Shown here piece by piece: positions 39,847-50,300 of a stretch of DNA of 64,000 nucleotides; within the stretch, counting starts at the first letter, position 1; each line of letters starts with the position of its first letter. The stretch is from Sedimentisphaerales bacterium (GTDB lineage: Bacteria; Planctomycetota; Phycisphaerae; Sedimentisphaerales; SM23-30). The notes under the pieces are model-generated. The model worked only from the letters and a program-made list of their open reading frames with translations, did no database searches and was not told the origin of the DNA. Position numbers and translations under genes: made by a program. Location: assembly GCA_963663965.2 (NCBI GenBank), contig CAXXFK010000021.1, positions 64,001 through 128,000 on the forward strand. The letters are read 5' to 3'.

Positions 39847-39903
39847 TACTGGCCTCTTTATGATAATGGATTTCGCCTGACAGACACCGCCAGGCCGCCA
39901 ACA

Positions 39904-40893
39904 TCAATATCCCATCGTCTCCATCTTATACCGCTTCTGGCTCCACCACGCGGGATTTCGCAGATACTCTTTCATGAACAGCGCCGACGCCACACCATCC
40001 GCCACCGCCGTCACCAGCTGCATCGCCGCGCCCGTTCGACAGTCGCCCGCCACAAACACACCCGGCACATTCGTCCGCAGATGCGCCGGATCGCACTGGA
40101 TAAATCCGCTCTCATCCAGTTCGACAAAACCTCGCAAAAATCCGGTATTGGGATTCATCCCCACAAAGATAAACACCCCGTCACAGCCCACGTCCTCACT
40201 CTGTTCACTCTTAACATTCTTGACTGTTGCCGACTCAACCTTATCCCCGCCATTGATACTGGTAACGGTACTATCCAGTTTTAACTCGATCTTGCCACTC
40301 TCAACCGCCTCCATCAATTCTTCCACCAGCACTTTCTCCGCCCGGAACTCCTGACGGCGATGCACCATAATCACTTTGCTGCAATACTTGGCCAGATGCA
40401 GCGTATCCTCAACTGCCACATTACCGCCCCCGATCGTCACCACCGTCTTATCCCGGAAGAACGGCGCGTCACAGGTCCCGCAATAACTCACCCCCGTCCC
40501 CGCCTGCCGGAACTTGTCTTCACCCGGCACACCCAACTTGCGATAATCGCTGCCCGGCGACAGAATCACCACCTTCGCCAGATACACATCATCATCCGTC
40601 ACCACTTCCAGTATCCCATCCTCGCGCCGCTTCAATCCCGTAACCTCCGTACTCATCTTGATCTCCGCCCCGAACGTCGTCGCCTGATCCACCATCAACT
40701 GCACCAGATCCGGCCCGCTCACCTGCTTGATCCCCGGATAATTCTCGATCCGATCGGTCAGATTAATCTGCCCCCCCGGCACAAACTTATCCAATACCAC
40801 CGTCTCAAATCGGTTCCGCGCCGAATACAACGCCGCACCCAATCCCGCCGGCCCGGCCCCAACAATAACGATCTCTTTTTGTATCTCAGCCAT
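39904..40893 (-). CDS. trxB: Thioredoxin-disulfide reductase
   Basis: GAGPAG, IENYPG, GVSYCGTCD, GGGNVA, HRR, TNVPGVFVAGD. Confidence 0.95.
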   Translation of the reverse strand: MAEIQKEIVIVGAGPAGLGAALYSARNRFETVVLDKFVPGGQINLTDRIENYPGIKQVSGPDLVQLMVDQATTFGAEIKMSTEVTGLKRREDGILEVVTDDDVYLAKVVILSPGSDYRKLGVPGEDKFRQAGTGVSYCGTCDAPFFRDKTVVTIGGGNVAVEDTLHLAKYCSKVIMVHRRQEFRAEKVLVEELMEAVESGKIELKLDSTVTSINGGDKVESATVKNVKSEQSEDVGCDGVFIFVGMNPNTGFLRGFVELDESGFIQCDPAHLRTNVPGVFVAGDCRTGAAMQLVTAVADGVASALFMKEYLRNPAWWSQKRYKMETMGY

Positions 40894-41113
40894 AGTCTAT
40901 CTCTGCCTTTCTGATCAATTTAGATGCATTTTTTCAATTTCGAGGTCCTATCACCTGATATCCCAGTATTTTAGAGCCATTCACACCCGAAGTCAAAACC
41001 CGAAAATCCAGTTTTACCAAAATACCCGCAACCAATCGCACCACATCTTACCCATTTTAACACCCCTTGCCTCATTTTCCCTTATGATTCTTCCCTCAAA
41101 TAGTATAAAAATT

Positions 41114-41146
41114 TGGGTACCTCCAAAACAATTTGAGAGGCACCCA
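41114..41146. repeat. Palindromic dispersed element, copy 2
   Basis: Its reverse complement TGGGTGCCTCTCAAATTGTTTTGGAGGTACCCA aligns with 7110-7143, including the AAATTGTTTT core. Confidence 0.6.
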
Positions 41147-41205
41147 TAAGATTGGCCAATAATTCCACGGCAGAGAATCTGTTGTCAGGAATATCGTCGT
41201 ACAGG

Positions 41206-44022
41206 CTATTTATCCCCATGATCGAACACCCCACCCAGATTGCGAACCAACATCCACAATCGTCCCAGATAACCGGCGTTCATTTCATTATTACCCGATC
41301 CATTTTCTCCCTGATGGGTAAGATCGGAATGGATTTGTGAATCAATATCAACGGAATAACCATCCTTCATTTCTGCCTCATAGAAAGTTGAATCCGGTAC
41401 TTCATCAAAAAGCTCTTCAAAAGATTGGCCATTGACATATTCATGGGGAATTTCCAGGGCATCGGCAAGTTGTTCTGAATTCCACTCAATGTCAGATTCA
41501 ATAAACTCTTTTTTAACCGGCGTTACTGTAATCAATTCATTATCAAATCTGACCATGGCTTGAATGGATTCTTGCATGATAAGATCAACATTATGATCAT
41601 TGGAATAATAAACCGAAGGACCTTCGTCGTTAACGGCAAAAGCGTCTTCATCGACATGATGCTTTGTTTCGGATGTGTCATCAAAATTGTCAGATGGAGT
41701 CTCATTGGGTACCTGAGGAGGCAACGGTTCCAATGGATCATTATCTGGAGTTTGATCCTGCCGGTTTGAATCCCCTTCAACAACCAGAGTAACATGATCG
41801 GTACTGGTAACCGTCCCATCGGAAACTTGTAGCTCCAGGGTAATTTCAGCATCGGAAGATATTCTGGATGGAACGACGACAGGATTGAGGGTATCCTGAT
41901 TCAGAATCGTAACTTTGGGACCGCCTGTCTGGACCCAGGTATAGGTTAACGCGTCATTATCGACATCAGACGCCTGGCCATTCAGGACGATCTTTTCGGT
42001 CGAACCGGCAACAACATCCTCGCCGGCATCGACAATCGGCGCGTCATTCCGGGCGTTAACCCGGATAGTTACAGTAGCCGTATGACTGCCGCCATGACCA
42101 TCATTGACTTGATAAACAAAACTGTCCTCACCGTGATAATTCAGATCCGGTGTATAGGTGAAAGTCCCGTCATTACCCCTGGTGACAGAACCATGCTCCG
42201 GTTGTGAATAATCAAGAATTTGTAATACATCACCGTCCACATCCGTATCATTCGATAAAAGGTTGTCAAAAGATAACGGGGTATCTTCATCGGTGGTTAA
42301 AGTGTCTTGAACTGCGTTCGGATTGTCGTTAATCGAATGGACATCCAATTGAACCGTGGCCGCGCTTTCTCCGCCCTGCCCGTCTGAGAGAATATAACTG
42401 AAAGTATCATTGCCATGGAAATCGCTGTCAGGAATATAAATAAACGAGCCGTCCGCTTGCTGGCTGACCGTGCCGTGTTGGGGCTGGGAATAAGCGATAA
42501 TCGTCAAAACATCCCCATCAGGGTCATTATCGTTACTGAGCAGATTCCGAATGACCAGCGATTGATCTTCATCCGTGGCATAGACATCATCGCCCGCCTG
42601 AGGAGCGTCATTGACAGCCTGAACATTTACAATGATCACCGCCTGACTGGTACTGCCATGGCCGTCGTCAATCGTATAATAAAAGGTATCCTGCCCATGA
42701 TAATCGACATCAGGAACATAGTTGAGGGTTTGATCACGATTCAAGCTGACCGTTCCGTGTTCCGGTTGGGTATAACTGACAATCTGCAGCAGATCCCCAT
42801 CAATATCAGTGGCATTGCTCAAAGGATCCAGCTGGATGGAGACATCCTCATTGGTTACCGACGCATAATCGCTGGCAACGGGTGCATCATTAACGGCCCG
42901 CACTTCGATTTGCACGACAGACTCCGTCATGCCACCCTGGCCGTCCGATACGACATAGACGAATTGATCAATGCCGTTAAAATCCGTATCCGGGGTATAG
43001 CTGAAAGTCCCATCGTTGAGTTGGATAACCCGACCATGTTCCGCCTGACGGTAATCGGCAATTTCCAGAATATCACCATCAACATCACTGTCATTATTGA
43101 GAACCGAAGTAATAACAACTGGAACATCTTCTTCGGTACTGATAAAGTCATTAGCGGCATCCGGCGCGTCATTGGTTGAAATCACTTCCAGTTGAACCGT
43201 GGCGCTGCTTGTTCCGCCATTGCCATCACTCACCGTATATACAAACTGATCGGCGCCATGGAAATTGGCATCCGGAATATAGGTTATGGTCCCATCGCCA
43301 TGATCAACAACTCTGCCATGTTCGGGTTGCGTCAAATTCGATAGGGTCAGGGTATCATGATCGACATCAGAAGCAGTCAGGTTCCAGGCAATAACCGTAG
43401 CCGCATCTTCATTAAGGGTTAATGCACTATCGGCAACTTGTGGCGCATCGTTGACTGAGCTCACTTGAATCGTAACCGTGGCTTCATCCAGACCGCCCAG
43501 GCCGTCACTGACCGTATAGGCAAAACTGTCATTGCCGTGATAGTTCGCATCGGGCGTATAAGTGAAAGTGCCGTCCGGATTCAACACCACCGAACCATGC
43601 TCCGGCTGGGTAAAATCTGCCACCGACAGACTGTCATGGTCCACATCGCTATCGTTATTCAGCACATTCACCGTAATGGCAGTATCTTCTGCCGTCGCCT
43701 GAGTGTCACCCGCGGCAACCGGGGCATCATTAACCGATTGAACCGTCAGTCGGACCGTACCGGTGGTCGTCGCGCCGTTGCCATCGCCCACCGTATACGT
43801 AAAGGTATCATTGCCATGATAATCGGCTTCCGGCGTATACGTAAAACTGCCATTACCATGATCCACCAGAGTCCCGTGTGACGGCTGCTCAAAATGAAGC
43901 AATGTCAATGCGTCGCCATCTACATCAGACACCTGGTCCCGCCAGTTGAACTGATAGCTGTTATCCTCATTAATAGTTGTCACTTTTTCCAGGGCAATCG
44001 GCGTATCGTTAACCGAGTTCAC
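41206..44022 (-). CDS. C-terminal part of the giant adhesin: cadherin-like repeats, PKD-like domain, acidic tail
   Basis: Same repeat consensus; VDAGED...LTYTWVQTGGP (PKD/REJ-like). Begins mid-repeat. Confidence 0.8.
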   Translation of the reverse strand: MNSVNDTPIALEKVTTINEDNSYQFNWRDQVSDVDGDALTLLHFEQPSHGTLVDHGNGSFTYTPEADYHGNDTFTYTVGDGNGATTTGTVRLTVQSVNDAPVAAGDTQATAEDTAITVNVLNNDSDVDHDSLSVADFTQPEHGSVVLNPDGTFTYTPDANYHGNDSFAYTVSDGLGGLDEATVTIQVSSVNDAPQVADSALTLNEDAATVIAWNLTASDVDHDTLTLSNLTQPEHGRVVDHGDGTITYIPDANFHGADQFVYTVSDGNGGTSSATVQLEVISTNDAPDAANDFISTEEDVPVVITSVLNNDSDVDGDILEIADYRQAEHGRVIQLNDGTFSYTPDTDFNGIDQFVYVVSDGQGGMTESVVQIEVRAVNDAPVASDYASVTNEDVSIQLDPLSNATDIDGDLLQIVSYTQPEHGTVSLNRDQTLNYVPDVDYHGQDTFYYTIDDGHGSTSQAVIIVNVQAVNDAPQAGDDVYATDEDQSLVIRNLLSNDNDPDGDVLTIIAYSQPQHGTVSQQADGSFIYIPDSDFHGNDTFSYILSDGQGGESAATVQLDVHSINDNPNAVQDTLTTDEDTPLSFDNLLSNDTDVDGDVLQILDYSQPEHGSVTRGNDGTFTYTPDLNYHGEDSFVYQVNDGHGGSHTATVTIRVNARNDAPIVDAGEDVVAGSTEKIVLNGQASDVDNDALTYTWVQTGGPKVTILNQDTLNPVVVPSRISSDAEITLELQVSDGTVTSTDHVTLVVEGDSNRQDQTPDNDPLEPLPPQVPNETPSDNFDDTSETKHHVDEDAFAVNDEGPSVYYSNDHNVDLIMQESIQAMVRFDNELITVTPVKKEFIESDIEWNSEQLADALEIPHEYVNGQSFEELFDEVPDSTFYEAEMKDGYSVDIDSQIHSDLTHQGENGSGNNEMNAGYLGRLWMLVRNLGGVFDHGDK

Positions 44023-44398
44023 TTGAATCGAAATCGTGCCCTCATCCAGACCGCCCAGGCCGTCACTGACCGTATAGGCAAAACTGTCATTACCGTGATA
44101 GTTCGCGTCGGGCGTATAGGTGAAAGCTACCGTCCGGATTTAGCACCACCGATCCATGCTCCGGCTGGGTAAAATCAACCACTGACAGACTGTCATGATC
44201 CACATCGCTGTCATTAGCCAGCACATTCAATATAACGGCGGTATCCTCAGCCGTCGCCTGAGTATCGCCCGCGGCAACCGGGGCGTCGTTAACCGATTGA
44301 ACCGTCAGTCGGACCGTACCGGTGGTCGTCGCGCCGTTGCCGTCACTGACCGTATACGTAAAGGCATCGTTGCCGTGATAATCGGCTTCCGGCGTATA
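43484..44398. repeat. Recent intragenic duplication (43484-43839 vs 44042-44398)
   Basis: Highly similar DNA. The offset changes from 558 to 559 bp across the frameshift site. Confidence 0.8.
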
Positions 44399-47300
44399 GG
44401 TAAAGCTGCCATCACCATGATAGACAACCTGACCATGGGCCGGTTGGGTATAATCCGTAAAGGTGATGTCATCACCCTCGACATCACCGTCATTGGCCAG
44501 GACATTAATCGTCGTAACGGATGTGTCTTCATCGGTAGTAAAATGATCACTGCCCAGTCGGGGCGCATCGTTAACCGGTGTAACCGTCAGCTCAAAGGTT
44601 GCGGTGGCAGTCCCCCCCCGGCCATCACTGATGGTATAAACAAACGCATCATTACCGTAATAATCATCATCCGGACGATACTCGAACGTGCCGTCGTTCT
44701 GATAAGTGATCGTTCCATGCTCCGGTTGGGTGTAATCGACCACGCTTAAATCATCACCATCGACATCCCTGTCATTGCCCAGGACATTCAGCGTCTGAAC
44801 GGTCGTATCTTCTGTCAGGGTCATTGTCTCGCCCGCGGCGACCGGCGCATCGTTGATTTCCCGGACATTGATCCGGATGGTGGCGTTCTTGACAGCGCCG
44901 GACGGATCGGCAACGGTATAAGTGATGTAGTCGTAGCCATGATAATCCGGATCGGGCGTATAACTGAATGTACCATTGCCATTATATTCAACGCGGCCAT
45001 GGGCCGGTTGAGTAAAATCGGTGATGGTAAGGGCATCGCCGTCGACATCGCTATCGTTACTCAGCACATTCCCTGTGGTATATGGAGTATCCTCCCAGGC
45101 GTTATAATAATTATTGATAGCAACCGGAGTATCGTTTATGGATGCGATATTCAGCTGAACGGTAACGGTATCACTGCCGCCCTGACCATCGATCACGGTA
45201 TAGGTAAATGCATCACTGCCATGATAATTGGCGTCAGGGGTATAAGTAAACGTGCCATCCTGATGATAAACCAGCGTACCGTGTTCCGGCTGCGTGTACC
45301 AGGGTATTGAAAGGGGGTTACCATCCACATCGGTATCGTCCGCCAGCACATTGCCAGTCGTCAGCGGGGTGTCTTCATCCAGATTATAGCTGTTGTTCTG
45401 ACCCACCGGAGCATCATTCACCGGCCGCACCGTAAGCTGAACCGTCGTTTCAACCGAAACCCCTTCTGCATCCACTACCGAATAAGCAAAACTGTCCGAA
45501 CCGTTATAATTCTCGTCGGGGGTGTAGGTAAATGTGCCATCCTGGTTATACGTAACGGTTCCATGGGCAGGCTGGGTATATTGCCCGATGACCAGTTGAT
45601 CGCCATCAATATCGGTATCATTCGCCAGCACATTGCCGGTAGTTATCGCCGTATCTTCATTGGTACTATAGTGATCCGACTCCGGGACCGGTGCATCGTT
45701 CACGGGAGTCAGCTGAATATTGACCGTCCCGATGGAACTGCCGCCCTGGCCATCGATAACCTGGTAAGTGAAACTGTCCGCGCCATTATAATCGGCGTCT
45801 GGAGTAAATTCAAAAACCCCGTCCCCTTTATACCGTACCGTTCCATGTTCCGGCTGAGTGAAATCGTAAATAAAAAGAGGGTCACTGTCGACATCCAGAT
45901 CATTCGTTCTGACATCCCCGCTTAATAAAACCGTATCTTCATTAATCACATAATTGTCGGATACCGGAACCGGAGCATCATTGACGGAAAGGATTTTGAG
46001 CGACACGGTTTCGCTATGGGTGGCGCCGCCGGGATCCGCAACCGTATAAGTAAAACTATCCGAGCCGGAATAATCGGCATCCGGCGTATAAGTAAACGTG
46101 CCATCCTGATGATAAACGACCGCGCCGTGTTCCGGCTGGCTGTAATCAATCAGCGTTAAAGCGTCGCCATCGACATCGCTGTCATTACTTAACACATTGC
46201 CCGTGGTCAATGGCACATCTTCCCGGGTGACATAAGAGTCCGCTTCGGTATCAGGTGCGTCATTGACGCCATGGACCGTGACCGTTACGGTCGCGGTATC
46301 GTGATGACCGTACCCATCATAAATCATGTAGGTAAAACTGTCCGTACCATGAAAATTATCATCAGGGATATAGGTAAACGTGCCGTCATCATTGTAACTG
46401 ACCGTTCCATGCTCCCCTTGCGAATAGTCATGGACGACCAGAGTCCGATTCCCTTCGATATCGATATCATTACTCATCACGGTGGTGGTCACCCCGATAT
46501 GATCCTCATCGATTTCCAGCGTATCGTCATTCGCGATCACACCGTCTTCAATCCCGGCAATCTGGAAATGAAGGGCGGCGGTGTCTACGCCACCCTGACC
46601 ATCACTGACCGTATAAGTGGCCTGATCGCTGCCGTAATAGTTCTCATCAGGGGTATACGTAAACGTCCCATTGTCATGATAGACCAACGTGCCGTGTTCC
46701 GGCTGGGTAAAGCCAATGATCGTCAGCACATCCCCGTCGGCATCGCTATCATTGGCTAAAACATTCCCCGTCGTAACCTGAGCATCTTCATCCAGCGAAT
46801 AATAATTGGCTGACGCATTGGGCGCGTGATTACCGGGCGCAACCTCAATGGTGATCGTGGCGGTATCGCTGCCGCCACGGCCGTCACTGACCGTATAGGT
46901 AAATTGATCGGTACCCACAAAATCTGCGTCAGGGGTGTAAATCAAAGCGCCATTCTCACCCGAAGTTACCTGACCATGGCCTGGAACCGTGTAACCCGTG
47001 ATCGTGAGCGAATCACCGTCAGAATCGCTATCGTTACCGAGCACATCGATGGTTACTGCGGTATCGTTATCCGTCACCGTATGATCATTCACGGCATTCG
47101 GATCGTGATTAACCGGCAGCACCGTTATACGTACCGTGGCGGTATCGCTGCCGCCCTGCCCGTCACTGATGGTATAGGTGAAACTATCCGTTCCGGTATA
47201 GTCACCGTCGGGAGTGTAGGTAAAAATGCCATCCCCTTGATAGCTGACCGTGCCATGCGCGCCCTGCGCGTAATCCGCCACGGCCAGCGCATCATTGTCG

Positions 47301-50300
47301 ATATCCGTATCATTGGCCAGAACACTGGTTGAAATGACGGTTTCATTTTGATTGGTCGTCAGCGTGTTGTCGCCGGCAACGGGAGCGTCATTGACGCCAT
47401 GGACCGTGAGCGTCACCGTTGCGGTCGCGGTTGCGCCATGTCCGTCCGTAATGGTATAGGTAAAGTGATCGATCCCGTTATAATCTGAATCCGGGGTATA
47501 GGTAAAGGTGCCGTCATTATTATTGATTAACTGACCGTGCGATGGCAGGGTAAAGTCGGTAATCCCCAGCAGATTCTCTTCTACGTCCGTATCGTTGGCC
47601 ATAACAAAACCGGTCGTAACCGACCCGTCTTCATTAACGTCATAACGGTCCGCTCCGGCAACCGGCGCGTCATTGACCGACAAGACCTGGTAGGTCACGG
47701 TCGCGCTGCTGCTGCCTCCGGAACCATCCGTGATCGTATAGGAAAAACTGTCCGTACCATAAAAATTGGAATCGGGTGTGTATCGGAAAGTCCCGTCGCC
47801 CAGATGAACCAGGGTGCCATGCTCAGGCTGGTCGAAATCCACCAGACTTAAAAGATCGCCATCAACATCCACATCATTGGTAAATAGTTGGGTGTCCACC
47901 GGACCCGAATCTTCATGGAGGATGACGGTATCATCAAATGCTTCCGGCGCGTCATTGACCGCCGCCACATTCACAAGAACCGTACCGGTATGTTCGGCCC
48001 CATTTCCATCGATTATGGTGTAGGTAAAGCTATCGATCCCGTTATAATCCGCTGTGGGTGAATAACGAAACACGCCATTGCCTTCATAACGAACGACACC
48101 ATGACCAGCCTCCGAATGGCCGACCAGCACCAACTGGTCTCCATCGGCGTCCACATCATTCTCCAACACGTTTCCTGTGCTGAACGGGGTGTCTTCATTC
48201 GTCGTGTATATACTGTCGCCGGCTACCGGAGCGTCATTCACGGATCGGACTGAAACCACCACCGTGGCGGTATCGGTTCCACCCTGACCGTCGCTGACCG
48301 TATAAGTAAAACTGTCCGTGCCATAAAAATTATTTTCCGGAGTATAAAGGAATGTGCCGTCGTCATTATAGCTAACAGACCCATGAGATCCCTGCCCATA
48401 AGCCACCACGGTCAGCACATCCCCATCGATATCCGAATCGTTTTCCAGGACCGAACCGGTTACAACCGGGGTATCTTCATCGGTGGTGACCTGATCATAA
48501 TGACTGCTGGGAGCGTCATTGACCGGCGTCACTTCAATGGTAACCGTCGTCGTGCTTTCACCGCCCACCCGGTCGATCACGGTATAGGTAAAACTGTCCG
48601 TGCCGCAATAATCCGGATCCGGCGTATAAGTAATAATGCCATTGCCCTGGTAGAATACGGTTCCGTGCTCCGGATTGCTGATGCCATGGATCATCATGTC
48701 ATCGCCATCCACTTCCGTGTCATTCGCCAGAACATTGCCCGTGACCAGCGCCTCATCTTCCTGGGTAACATAATGATCCGCTGACAATACGGGATTATCG
48801 TTCACCGAGGTGACGCTTAAATGGTACGTGGCGACACTGGTCCCACCCGCACTGTCCGATACGGTATAAGTAAAAGAATCGGAGCCATGATAATTGGAGT
48901 CAGGGGTATAAGTAAAGGTGCCATCCCCATGATAGACCACCTGGCCATGGGCCGGTTGGGCAAAATCGGCGATCGACAGGGAATCGTTATCGACATCCGT
49001 CGCGCGGTTCAAAACATTCGTCGTCATCAACGGAGTATCTTCCAGTGTCGTGCCATTGACAGTCTGGGCAACCGGCGCGTCATTCACCGAATTGACCGTC
49101 AGATTCACCGTTGCGGTATGAGTCCCTCCGTTCCCGTCCGAAACCGTATAGCTGAAAGCGTCATCCCCGTGGTAATCCGCGGCCGGCGTATATGTAAAGG
49201 TTCCGTCCTGGTTGTAAACCACCTCGCCATGTGCCGCCTGACCATAATCGGTTACGGTTAAGACATCCCCATCCACATCGACATCATTCGCCAGCACATT
49301 CACCGTCACCACCGTATCTTCATCGGTGGCAACCTGATCGGCTTGGGCAACCGGCGCGTCATTCACCGGGGTGACAGTCAGGTTCACCGTCGCGCTATGA
49401 ATCCCTCCGTTCCCGTCCGAGACCGTATAGGTGAAAGCGTCATCCCCATGGTAATCCGCGGCCGGTGTATACGTAAACGTGCCGTCCTGGTTGTAAACCA
49501 CCTCGCCGTGCCCGGCCTGACCATAATCGATCACCGTTAAGGTATCCCCCTCGATATCGGTATCATTGGCCAGCACATTCACCGTCACAATCGCGGTGTC
49601 TTCGTTCGTAGTGGCTTGATCGCCCTGGGCAACCGGCGCGTCATTCACCGAATTGACAGTCAGGTTCACCGTCGTGCTATGAGTCCCTCCGTTCCCGTCC
49701 GAAACCGTATAGCTGAAAGCGTCATCCCCGTGGTAATCCGCGGCCGGCGTATACGTAAAGGTTCCGTCCTGGTTGTAAACCACCTCGCCATGTGCCGCCT
49801 GACCATAATCGGTTACGGTTAAGACATCCCCATCCACATCGACATCATTCGCCAGCACATTCACCGTCACCACCGTATCTTCATCGGTGGCAACCTGATC
49901 GGCTTGGGCAACCGGCGCGTCATTCACCGGGGTGACAGTCAGGTTCACCGTCGCGCTATGAGTCCCTCCGTTCCCGTCCGAGACCGTATAGCTGAAAGCG
50001 TCATCCCCATGGTAATCCGCGGCCGGCGTATACGTGAAGGTTCCATCTTCATGACAGGCCAGATCGCCATGGTCGGGTTGGGTATAATCCGTAATCGTCA
50101 GACTATCCCCGTCGGCATCGGTATCGTTAGCCAATACATTCAGATGAACCGAAACCGTATCTTCCGTCACATTGAAATGATCATCCAGGCTGACGGGATC
50201 TGCATTATGATCGCCGGTAAGAATTGTTTCAATACCGCTGTATTCTATTCTGACAGAACGCCCTTCACCCAGAGCAACCGTGAGTACCGATCCGGTGTCA

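Noticed and set aside
38917..40284. 455-aa plus-strand ORF and many similar long antisense or alternate-frame ORFs (e.g. 62807-63751, 28358-29305, 53067-53873)
   Set aside because: They are shadows of well-supported genes on the other strand or frame, caused by codon bias, and have no recognisable motifs.
43484..50035. Diversity-generating retroelement template/variable repeat pair
   Set aside because: The repeats are in-frame modules of one protein, differences are not adenine-specific, and no reverse transcriptase is present.
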